From Dipteris shenzhenensis (Eukaryota): a DNA stretch of 64,000 nt. How positions within the stretch are numbered: the first letter of the stretch is position 1; each line of letters starts with the position of its first letter. Positions 1 to 10,098 of this stretch are shown in pieces. The notes below the pieces were generated by a model, which was not told the DNA's origin, ran no database searches, and saw nothing but the letters and a program-made list of their open reading frames with translations. The position numbers and the translations under genes are program-made. Where the stretch lies: assembly GCA_047967505.1 (NCBI GenBank), contig CM106538.1. The stretch is one strand, 5' to 3'.

Positions 1-59
1 GAAGGCCACTGCAAGGATACTGGATAGATTTCGTAAGATGAGAGGGGTGCTGTAACGCA

Positions 60-220
60 ACGTAAGAAATCCACAGGGAGGAGAGATAAAGAATGCGTGA
101 GGGAACGACTGGTTTTATAGACAACAGCCATCGCGCAAAGGTCGAATTTGTGCATTAACTCTGTTGCCCAAAGGTCGAGTACACATGCAGGGAAACAAAG
201 GTCGAGTACACATGCAGATG
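60..220 (-). promoter_or_regulatory. Putative Pol II core promoter of a gene transcribed leftward out of the window
   Basis: Minus-strand TATAAAA at 113-119, followed ~25-45 nt downstream by a pyrimidine-rich tract. The region keeps many CpGs, unlike the TE-derived DNA. No transcript evidence. Confidence 0.35.
169..217. repeat. 22-bp exact direct repeat CAAAGGTCGAGTACACATGCAG (x2)
   Basis: Copies at 169-190 and 196-217; partial third copy CAAAGGTCGA at 136-145. Confidence 0.9.
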
Positions 221-2100
221 CGTGAAACAGCGCTGGCGCACCGTTCATTCCATATATGACCCCTGAGCTCCAGCAACCGTTGCAACCTCTGACGAAGTGA
301 ACCTGCGGCAAAAAGAAACTCGCCACCCAACCACTGGCGGTCCGCCACGGGTGTATCGAATATTCGAATGTGCATTCGTCCCGCAGAGACCTACAGACGG
401 TAGATCAAACTCGCGGGCCCCCAATCTGCTCACAGGGGGTCTGTCCAACGAGCTAGGACCGTTTATTGTCCTCAAGCGCCGGCCTTATCATTATAATGTT
501 AAGTACATGCAATTAAACTACTGACACGTGGTCAAGTGCGGGGGTTTGTTAATTAACCTAACTCAGGGTGGATTGAGGTAAAGTGATCAAAATCAAGCGG
601 GGCCACATGCGGGGTAGATGAAACTGTGGTTATTTTGAATCAAATTTCTACAATTTGGTTTATTAAATAGGGCATCATCATGCGATACGTAACGATGAAA
701 AGAATATAGCAATGAATGCAAATCAAAGGACTCACAAACTAAGGGGAAAGAACCAGATACTACCGAGAGAAGAGAAATCAGAACAGGTTCTTTGTTTTGA
801 TATACGCTACGTAGCGTTCTTACAAAGAAAAGGTCGTCCAACCGGTATAAAATCAAGAAATCTCATCAGTCACAAAAATACTAACGAGTTGAATACATTC
901 AAAAGGCCTGCCCTGGAAGCTGAGAGAGGGGGTAGAGAGAAAGGGGGAGAAAAATGGGGAGAGAGAGAAAGGGGGAGAAAAAAATGGGGACCAAAATAGC
1001 GAAAATCCACATCATTTTCCCTTTCTTAAACAGAAACACCTTTACTAAAGCCTTCCCTCCTCAGGGCAGGCCAAAAATCGAAACTATCCCATGTAGTTTC
1101 TCGATATATTAAACAGTACTGCCTGTGTTTCCTAGGCGTGCGTTACCAATGATGGCAACAGTATCCCCCTTGGGCACAAAAATCCAGCTCCTACAAGAGC
1201 TACTGTTTATCAGCGGAGTTCCTGGAAATACGCTGCAATTTCTGGCGTAGTTTGCGGAAGCATAGCAATATCTACGTGCCGCGTGGCAGATTAAACATTT
1301 GGGTCGGTGATGCCGAGTAGCACACCACCGAATCCGTAGGATATCCAATGGTCTGTTGCCAAATGCGCAACTGTGCAAACAAGACTGGCCACGTGTGGGG
1401 ATGACAAAAAATCTGCGCAAACAGGACCTCGCCACGTGGAGGGACACCAAAATTAGAATTTTATGATCTTTCTGCCCACAAAACGAACTTGTCACTATAT
1501 AGCCTTTCCTCCCGGGCAAGCCAAAAACTGACTTGTATTGAAAATCTGGAGGGACAAAACTCCAATGTAAAGACTCAGACATAGCTCACTCATACTAGAG
1601 ATTTTTGCCTTATACAACTGTAAAAATGATTCGAAGAATCGACTCTACTAACGACCCTATGCAAGCCAAGCTTGCTTTACATCAATCGACTCTCATCTAT
1701 ATCTACCACACACAAAGAGCAAACTCGCAACGTGAAAGAAGGAAATAAACTGCCATGAACCCAAATTCATGGTAGCCTTCATTCTCCTTTTGGCTGGCCA
1801 CGTGGAGCAACTTCCAAGACCAATCACTGACCTACAAATGAGCACCGGCATGCAACCACGTCTTTCCACCAATCACCATGCACCATAATTATCATGTCTT
1901 CTAGCCTAAGGCTCCATCACCAAGGCTCCCCAAGAGGCTTATTGCTAACAAGTTGGAGGCAAGAGATCCCATGAGAAGTCAATGAGTTGGAAAACCCCCC
2001 ACTACCCCCCTCACCCCACCCCATGGGAAACAAGTGAACCCACCTGAACAGGGCCAACGATCCAAGCCATTATTGATGATAAGATCATGTATCCTACCCA

Positions 2101-2103
<3 letters not shown>

Positions 2104-2145
<42 letters not shown>
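2104..2145. repeat. (GA)n microsatellite
   Basis: Visible dinucleotide run with one interruption. Confidence 0.95.
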
Positions 2146-2539
2146 ACAACCCTATGCGGAAGAGTTGTAGCATTTGAGTGGGGCCCCTTTTGGATTGATT
2201 CTCCCCTTTAGTGTATATTTGCAGCATATATATGAAGTTAGTTTTAAGGCATCCTACATCTGGCAATACTCTTATTTGAGTGAGCATGTGTTGTTTTAAA
2301 TTTTGAGGTTCCTACGTGCGAACTTTCTTTTCTTAAGACATCTCATAAACACAGGAAGTAGTTTGCATATCTGATGAATATGATATATATATACCTTCAT
2401 AACACTAGAATATATCCAATCTTACAATTTAAATTTTCTTAAAGAACAAAGGAAAGAAGGGAGTTTATAAGCAGCATTAGACAAATGAAAAATCTAAAAA
2501 CCTAGTAAGCAAAGCTATGCTAATGTTCTCATCAGTACC

Positions 2540-2822
2540 CAAGCATAAGCTGCCATCTGGATTTTGAAAGATTCTGGAATCTCTTTGATATATAAGGACT
2601 ATGATATATGCTATCTAGAACTTTGATATAAGTACAGTGGCTGCATGATAGTTATGCTATAATTGGAGACTTTTAACGCCCTTTGTGTCCCTTGCATATA
2701 GTGATTACAGTGCACCGTATGATTACTTCTCATTGTGACCCAATGCAGACATACCCAGAATGATCATCTAGATTTGCAGATATGGTGTTGCTTTTGGAAT
2801 GTCTCGTATTGCCAACCAAGAA
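2540..2822 (-). pseudogene. Out-of-frame, decayed E+/DYW cytidine-deaminase domain belonging to the PPR gene
   Basis: After ...GIVHS the shifted frame reads FLVGNTRHSKSNTISANL..GYV (E+ like). It then reads GHNEK*SYGAL*...VKSLQL*HNYHAATVLISKF*..II..RDSR..DG, matching the DYW layout GHSEKLA...KNLRVCxDCHxATxLISK...II.RD..DG but with stops and lost Cys ligands. Confidence 0.75.
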
Positions 2823-5548
2823 GAATGCACTATTCCATCAATGTCTGTCCACCACTTGTGTCTCAGCTTCTTCCATGCTTGTTCTTTCACTCTCATTGCC
2901 TTGGTTTTTTTCTCATCCTCCTGCATGTAAGCATCTGCATAGATGTTAGACATCAAGACATAAGCTGCAGCATCCTTTTTGTCCAATTGCACTGCTTGTT
3001 TGAAGGCCTGTCTTCCAAGCTCCACATCACCCCACTTCCTACAAGCACCTAGCACAGCATGCCACACCACAAGGTTAGGATGGAAAGGCATTTTCTTCAC
3101 CATTGCTACTGCTTCGTCTAATTGGCCTGCACGACCAAGGAGATCAACCATACATGTGTAGTGCTCAATATTAGGAGTAATATCATAGTCTTTGCTCATG
3201 GCCTCAAAGTACTTAAGGGCCTTATTGACTAGACCTGTGTGACTGCATACATTAAGAACACTGAGAAGCGTGGCCGCACCTGGCTTGATGCTTTCTTGTT
3301 TCATTCTTTCAAGCATATAAAAAACGATATCACTTTCCCCTAGCTGGGCGTATCCTGCAATCAGAGTATTCCATGACACGACATCTCGACCTGGTAGCTT
3401 GTCGAACACTTGTCGTGCTTTTGCAATTGAGCCACATTTGGCATACATATCGACCAAAGTGCTGCCAACAAAAAGATCTTTTTCCAACCCCTTTGTGGCA
3501 ATCTCAGCATGTGTTTCTCCACCCTTGTCTATGGCTCCTATGTTGCCACAAGCTTTCAGGCAGCAAACAAATGTGAGAGCACTTGGAGGGATCCCCTCCA
3601 CTTGCATCTGTTCAAAACAATTCAGAGCTTCCTCATCAAGCCCTTGTTCGGTCAATCCTGTTATCAGTGCAGTCCATGTGACTACATCTTGAGCCGGAAG
3701 CCTGTCAAAGACTTCTCGTGCTTTTGCAAGCAGGCCAACTTTGGCATACATGTCAACCAAGGTGCTGCCAACAAAAAGATCTCCTTCTAAGCCCTTCCTG
3801 GCAATCTCAGCATGTAATTCTCGGCCCTTATCTACCGTCCCTATGCTGCCACAAGCTTTCAAGCTGCAAACGAAGGTGAGAGTACTGGGAGAGACGCCCT
3901 CGAGTTGCATCTGTTCAAAACAGTACAGCGCTTCCTCACCAAGACCATGTTCAACATATGCTGCAATCAATATATTCCATGAAATGTCGTTTCGAACTGG
4001 GAGACTGTCAAATGCTTCCCATGCTTTTGCAAGCAAGCCACCTTCGGCGTACATATTCACCAAGGTGCTGCCAACAAGAAGATTTCCTTCTAACCCCTTT
4101 CTGGCAATCTCAGTGTGTATGTCTTGGCCCTTTTCCATGGCCCCTATGATGCCACAAGCTTTCAAGCTGTAAACGAACGTGAGAGCATTTGGAGAGACAC
4201 CCTCCAGTTGCATCTGTTCAAAAGACTTTAACACTTCCTCACCACGCCTGTGTTCAGCATATCCTGCGATTAGTGCCGTCCACAGGACTACATCTCTTAC
4301 TGGAAGCCTCTCAAACACTTCTCGTGCTTTTGTAAGTGAGCCACATTTGGCATACATATCAACCAAAGTACTGCCAACAAAAAGATCTCTTTCCAAGCCC
4401 TTTCTGGCCACCTCAGCGTGAATTTCTAGTCCCTTATCTTCCGCTTCCATGCTGCCACAAGCTTTCAAGCTACAAACAAAGGTGAGAGCATTTGGAGAGA
4501 CACCCTCTAGTTGCATCTGTTTGAAACACTTCAGCGCTTCTTCACCAAGACCATGCTCAGCATATCCTGCAATAAGCATGTTCCACAAGACCTCATTCTG
4601 AATGGGAAGCTTATCAAATGCTTCTCGTGCTTTTACAGGCGAGCCACATTTGGCATACATATTCACCAATGTACTGCAAACAAAAGGATCTTTATCCAAC
4701 CCCTTTCTTGCGATCTCCCCATGTATTTCTCGGCCCTTATGTACAGCTCCTATGGTGCCACAAGCTCTCAAGCTGCAACCAAACGTAAGGGCATTTGGAG
4801 AGATACCCTCCAGCTGCATCTGTTCAAAACAGTTAAGAGCTTCCTCACTAAGACCATGGTCAGCATACCCTGCGATCAGTGCAGTCCACGAAATTACATC
4901 TCGAACTGAGAGGCTGTCAAAAACTTCCCGTGCTTTTGCCAGTAAGCCACATTTGGCATACATATCGACCAAGGTGTTGCCAACAAAAGGATCTCTTTCC
5001 AAGCCGTTCTTAGCAGTTTCAGCATGCATCTCTCTACCTCTGTCTGCATCTTTCAGCCTAGCACAAGCCTTTAATAGGGCAACGAAGGTATACTTGCCAG
5101 GACGAACAAAATCCTCTTGCATCTTCTGGTACAAGTTGAGGGCATGCCGTGATTCCCCTCGTTCAATATAACCGATGATGAGAGAAGTCCAAGAATACAC
5201 ATTCCGATCAATCAACCTATTAAAAACCTGCTGAGCATCGCACATGCTTCCAACTTGCACCAGCGTTGGGACGAGGTAGTTACCTAGAGATCGATAATCT
5301 TCCAGCCCAGTTTTGCACATGTAGGCATGCAAGCGCTTGGTATACCCTAGATTTTTCTTTTTTCTGCACTTATGCAGGATGCATGACAATTTCTCAACCG
5401 AAGGCAGTTGGGGCATCCGTTCCAAAGAATTGAGAGTCTCCTCTAAGCTAGAGGTCTCCCAGAGACTGCTCTCTCGCACTTCTTGAGCTGTAGATGCATT
5501 CACCTGTACTCGAGCACTGGGAAGGATTCGAGAAGTACTCTTTCCCAT
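2768..5548 (-). CDS. PLS-class pentatricopeptide repeat protein with E1/E2 and WW-type PG-box (organellar RNA-editing specificity factor), DYW truncated
   Basis: ~926-aa intronless ORF (first ATG 5548). About seven ~101-aa triplets with VGSTLVDMYAKCG / DVVxWTALIAGYA / PNALTFVCSLKAC motifs, then HYTCMVDLLGRAG, VWHAVLGACRKWG, AAYVLMSNIYA and WKK...WWTDIDGIVH. The true start codon is uncertain. Confidence 0.93.
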   Translation of the reverse strand: MGKSTSRILPSARVQVNASTAQEVRESSLWETSSLEETLNSLERMPQLPSVEKLSCILHKCRKKKNLGYTKRLHAYMCKTGLEDYRSLGNYLVPTLVQVGSMCDAQQVFNRLIDRNVYSWTSLIIGYIERGESRHALNLYQKMQEDFVRPGKYTFVALLKACARLKDADRGREMHAETAKNGLERDPFVGNTLVDMYAKCGLLAKAREVFDSLSVRDVISWTALIAGYADHGLSEEALNCFEQMQLEGISPNALTFGCSLRACGTIGAVHKGREIHGEIARKGLDKDPFVCSTLVNMYAKCGSPVKAREAFDKLPIQNEVLWNMLIAGYAEHGLGEEALKCFKQMQLEGVSPNALTFVCSLKACGSMEAEDKGLEIHAEVARKGLERDLFVGSTLVDMYAKCGSLTKAREVFERLPVRDVVLWTALIAGYAEHRRGEEVLKSFEQMQLEGVSPNALTFVYSLKACGIIGAMEKGQDIHTEIARKGLEGNLLVGSTLVNMYAEGGLLAKAWEAFDSLPVRNDISWNILIAAYVEHGLGEEALYCFEQMQLEGVSPSTLTFVCSLKACGSIGTVDKGRELHAEIARKGLEGDLFVGSTLVDMYAKVGLLAKAREVFDRLPAQDVVTWTALITGLTEQGLDEEALNCFEQMQVEGIPPSALTFVCCLKACGNIGAIDKGGETHAEIATKGLEKDLFVGSTLVDMYAKCGSIAKARQVFDKLPGRDVVSWNTLIAGYAQLGESDIVFYMLERMKQESIKPGAATLLSVLNVCSHTGLVNKALKYFEAMSKDYDITPNIEHYTCMVDLLGRAGQLDEAVAMVKKMPFHPNLVVWHAVLGACRKWGDVELGRQAFKQAVQLDKKDAAAYVLMSNIYADAYMQEDEKKTKAMRVKEQAWKKLRHKWWTDIDGIVHSSWLAIRDIPKATPYLQI

Positions 5549-6099
5549 CAATGCTCAGTACGGGAGCTACTTGCGAACATGAAGACCCAGTTGCCAGATG
5601 GGTGTGGGTTCGTGAAGTCTGTCCTGCAGTGCCTGAACACGAACATTTTGAAGTTTTTGGAGTGAGGCCAGCCAAAGAATCATTGACCAGAGCTCTGTGG
5701 CGCCCCTCCGAGGGAGCCATCGGAGAAGCTGGGTCTGAGAGTCCGCGCACAAGCCTTTGCTGCGACTGGCATTGAGAGTAGGGATCTTGGGTCGCCTGCC
5801 AAGCACCTGAGCAGCCATCGGGCCGCATCACTAGCTACGAGGTATTGTCAAGTTGGGCAATTCTTTGTAGGTTGATTACAATTGCTGACAGTCCAATTGG
5901 AGCAGTCGTCACTACCCGAAAATGCACAAGGTTGTGATTTATGAAGATGTTTACCATCTCCTTGTCCAATCCTTCTCGCCCTACACAGCTTTTATGCATT
6001 TTGATATTCCCTTTGTAGACACCCTCTTGATTTTTGGATGACTAGTCGCTCTAATACTATGTTTACGTTGCATGCCTCGGTTCAATATGTTGCTGCCTT

Positions 6100-8230
6100 G
6101 GATTTGGTTGGAAATGTGCCGTGACTATTTCAATTCCACTTGCTGTAAATGTAATGTTGCTTTTGTGAAGTTAAACAAGGTTTGGGCCTATATAATAGCA
6201 ATGTGCCCATCTTGTCAAACGCTATGACTCTGGAAAACCTTTTCATGTTGAGGTGGTTTGTACGGTTTGCTATTCTATTTTCATTAAGGCAAAGTAAGTC
6301 TGATACTTAGAGGTTATAAACTGCATTTAGTTCTACGGAATGCAACTGTAGTGACCGTGTGTTTAGTGTTTGTATGATTGTGTGAATTCAAGACCATTTT
6401 TGAAAGCAAGGCACATCAAATTGCCAAGCTACAGAGGTGAGGAGCCTATCCATTTCGCCTTTGACAGATGCATGTGGAAATGGTTGTTATTCAAGGGTTT
6501 CACTAGATAAAGAGTTTATTTGGTCATACTCTCAAGAGTGTTGTGTCCACGATGCCGTGCTATGGCCGTCCTAAAGGATCAAAACATATTGCTTCACGGT
6601 TTTAACCCTTGTGCATGGTGTACTGTCCTTGCTGATGCTGGTTGTATCGAGTATTGTGCATTATTCCCTATTTGTATTTCTTGGTAATTGGAAACATTTC
6701 AGTCCTGTATTTATCAATGTGGCTTTTGTATAGATGCTTTGTATGTTGGCGTGTATGTGCCCCAATGTCATTGTTGCATAATTGTATCCACATAACTATG
6801 TGATTTGGATTGAGTTGTATTTTTTACCATGTTTGATTTTAATTTTATTTCTTTATCAAGCCCAACGATTTTGTGGTCATTTAGCAAGGATAATGTACTA
6901 GGACAATTTCCATGCCCCTTGTCTATGGCATGGACAAGGTTAATTGTGTCGTTTGTATAATTGGAATACATGTTCAGTATATACACGTGCTGGTTTGTTT
7001 GTGTACAATAAGTGAGTCAGTGTTACGTCTAGTGGCGTGTCTTGATAACATATGGAATTGATTGTGTCAATATCTCATTGTTCTTGTTTTTTTTTTGGCA
7101 TTTATTTAGGATGATAGTGAATAGTAAGTCTTCTTGGTATATGACAGTGGTGAGATGGTAGCATTTGATTTTTTCCATTTAAAAGTTTGCTTTTAGTGGA
7201 TTTTGATGTTGGAAGACCCATTTGTCACATACAGGGAGTAATTGGTATAAGTCTCCAACGATTATGACATCTAAGTCATGGAATGGATGATTATGGATGT
7301 GTTTGATGGCACCTAACCATTTGTCAACGAATGTTAATATGATTTTCTTGATTAGTGATACATCATCTAAGATGATTGTTTGAAGGTCCAAGTATTGTTT
7401 TGTGAGCTTGTCTAATTTGTCAGCTGCTAATTCAGGCATGTTCTTATAGTTTATCTCAATTGCTCAGTATGCCATTTTAGTGTTCTTGTCTTTTGCAGAT
7501 ATGAATCAAGGTTCTTTTTATATAGGCATAGCAGCTATTGGGTGAGAGCTTGCATAGTTGTTGTTTTGCCAATTCCAACTCCTTCCATAAGGAATATGTA
7601 GATTGGATCGTCTAGATTGTCTTTCTTTTTCTAGATTATGTAATCAAATATATGCCTTTGTTCTATGTTTAGCATCTGTATTTGTGAATATTGATCCTCT
7701 ATTGATGTTAGCTCTTCTATTGATTGCAAAACTTGAAAGTGTTTGTAGTTTCGTTTTCTTGGTTTTGCTGGGGGAAAATCCATTGCTTGATTTTCCATGT
7801 GGTTATGATGTCTCACGTCTACTATATTAGATGAGTCTATTAAAATTAGCATTATTGGATGCTCTTCCCATGCATTGTTGTTTGCTTCCATGGCCATTTT
7901 GTGTACTTGTTCAAAGTTTTGCCAAGCTTCAGTATTTGGTCATCTGAGTTTGTGTTGTGATTAAATTTCTTGCATATCTTTGCAATTTGATTGATATTCT
8001 TTGAGTAAAATGCTTGCAATGTCTTCTTTGTTTGTTTTAAATTGCTTTTTGAGCCACGGTACAGAACATAAAGTAGTAGTTGTTCTCTATAATGATTTTT
8101 TGGGCCTCTGTCCTTATCAAAATGTGTGAATTTGATTATTTGTGGTTTTCTTTGTTGTAGGCTTTCTTGTTATACTCATATGCAAAGTTCAAGTGTTCTT
8201 GCCTGGTTGTTTGCATTGACTCAAGTGCAA
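6100..8230 (-). mobile_element. Degenerate Helitron-family (Helentron-like) RepHel fragment: PIF1 helicase followed by AP-endonuclease-like motif
   Basis: Minus-strand motifs in order: RKPQIIKFTHFDKDRGPKNHYREQLLLY (~8055-8157); LNIEQRHIFD; Walker A-like PIYIFLMEGVGIGKT (~7563-7606); IILDDVSLI...GDLYQLLPV (ORF 7179-7439); QYSIQPASARTVHHAQGL...HGIVDTTLLRV (~6530-6660); IIQTLNTRSLQLH...SDLLCLNE (~6275-6380). Many stops and frameshifts. Confidence 0.75.
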
Positions 8231-8627
8231 ATAGTGAAGGGCAAGATGATTCTTTACCTAGAAGACTAGAGAGAGAATAACAACGAGTGATCACGAGCTC
8301 CATTGCCAGTAGAACTAAGGTATACAGACGCTACAACCACAACACAATGCCTTTATAACATGAATTTTTTGCACATGGTTGATGCTTCTAGAAGCTTCTT
8401 TGATGGCTGCATACAACCATAGATTCTAGGTGACAAAGATCAGCTCCAATGAGTCACCTTCAGGTGCCATGGAAACCCAGTTAACTAGCACACCAAAATA
8501 TCAAAAAATTCAAAAGCCACATGGAAATCCACATGATTAGAATCAAATTGTCTGTCTTGATGAGGCATTGCTAATAAACCTTAATGAATTTAAAAATACT
8601 TGGGATAATTTTGTAATAAAACTTGGC

Positions 8628-8631
<4 letters not shown>

Positions 8632-8671
<40 letters not shown>
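8632..8671. repeat. (CT)n microsatellite
   Basis: Visible dinucleotide run. Confidence 0.95.
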
Positions 8672-8674
<3 letters not shown>

Positions 8675-8816
8675 TGCATATGGGCCAAAAAAAGAAATCC
8701 AAGGATACATGGCACCTTGGAGGAGAAGTTGTTGTCACATATCAGTAATTCTTTCAAGTTTTGGCATTCGGACGTTTGCACTTTGAGTTTAGTTACAACT
8801 TTGCCCTTACACATTC

Positions 8817-10022
8817 TATTGGCTCTTTTCCACGGCTTCCGTAGGAAGAGCAGGGTAATCTTAGTATGCAAGGTTCCGAGGCTTTTTGTCACCTACATAT
8901 ATATCGGGGTTGTTGTTTGTAGTATATGTGTAGCTTAGAACCTCGAGTCATATTCCAGTGAGAGACGTAGGCTTAAGTGTGGTAAGCAAACATAGTGCAT
9001 GCATGTGTAAAAGGAACGTGTATCATCATGGTTGAGGTAATGAAGGCTTTCGTCTTCATTGGGGGTTGTTAAAAAAAAGGACTTTAAGGGTTAGAAGGAG
9101 GTTCCAAAGTTTAGGAGGTTCCAAGGTTTAGAGAGAGGTTCTAGGGTTTAGAAGAGGTTCCAAGGTTAGAAGGAGGTCCAAGGTTTAAAAAAAGGTTCCA
9201 AGGTTTAGAGAGAGGTTCTAGAGTTTAGAAGGAGGTTCCAGAGTCGGTTCCAAAGTTCACGGTAGAGTACATGGTGGAGAATTCGTCTCCCTTGTAGATC
9301 ATGGAGGTTAAGGGTTGAGGAACTAAGGGTTTAGGGGGAGCATAGGAGTGGGGGAGAAAGAAGGTGTAAGAGCATGGGGGAAAGAAGAGAGAGGAGGGAG
9401 GAGGAGGAGGAGGAGGAGGAGGAGGGAGAAGGAGAAGGAGGAGGAGGGAGGAGGAGAAGGGAGGAGGAGGAGGAGAGGGAGGGGATGGGTTGCAAGGTTG
9501 GAGGAGAGGGGAGGAGGAGTTGCAAGGTTAGGACATGCTTCTAGAAATGGAGTGCAAGAAAGCATGGACACTTGAGATAATTGCTTGGAATACCGAAGTA
9601 GAACTTAACACAATGTCCCAAAGAGTATGGGCTTCATTCCATTATTGGGTATTTATACAAGTTGGAGTGCTTCTCTCTCTACATGTAGGAATTGTAAGAC
9701 ATTCTCTCTCTACATGTAGAACTTGCATATAGAAGTTGCATGATGTTGCATGTAGGAGTTGCATGTAGAACTCGCATGTTGCAGGTTGCATGTAGGAGTT
9801 GCACGTAGAACTCGCATGTAGAACATGCATGTAGGAATCGCATGTAGGACTTGCATGTAGGACTTGCATGTAGAACTCGCATGTAGAACTCGCATGTAGA
9901 ACATGCAAGCTGGATTTCTAAGAGGGATTATTTCTAACCTTATGCAAGTACAAGCGGAGCTTTGCCACTACTCTACACACACATTCTGTTCTACCTAAGT
10001 CCATGTTGGCACAAAGACAATA
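8817..10022 (-). repeat. 3' LTR of the gypsy element
   Basis: Colinear with 22324-23786; termini mutated to TA...TA. Contains a ~20-bp GGTTCCAAGGTTTAGAAGGA array, a (GGA)-rich tract and a 13-bp GCATGTAGRAsTT array. Confidence 0.9.
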
Positions 10023-10098
10023 TACTCCCGAATCCATTTTATTACCCATCCTCGGGTTATGGCTTATTGTGCAAGCCCATAGTTGGATTGCCATGCAT

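Noticed and set aside
2735-5171. Several plus-strand ORFs of 60-189 aa
   Set aside because: Antisense shadows of the repetitive PPR ORF.
9323-9908. Poly-Glu/Arg/Ser and MQ-repeat ORFs (also at 22894-23672)
   Set aside because: They come from LTR-internal minisatellites.
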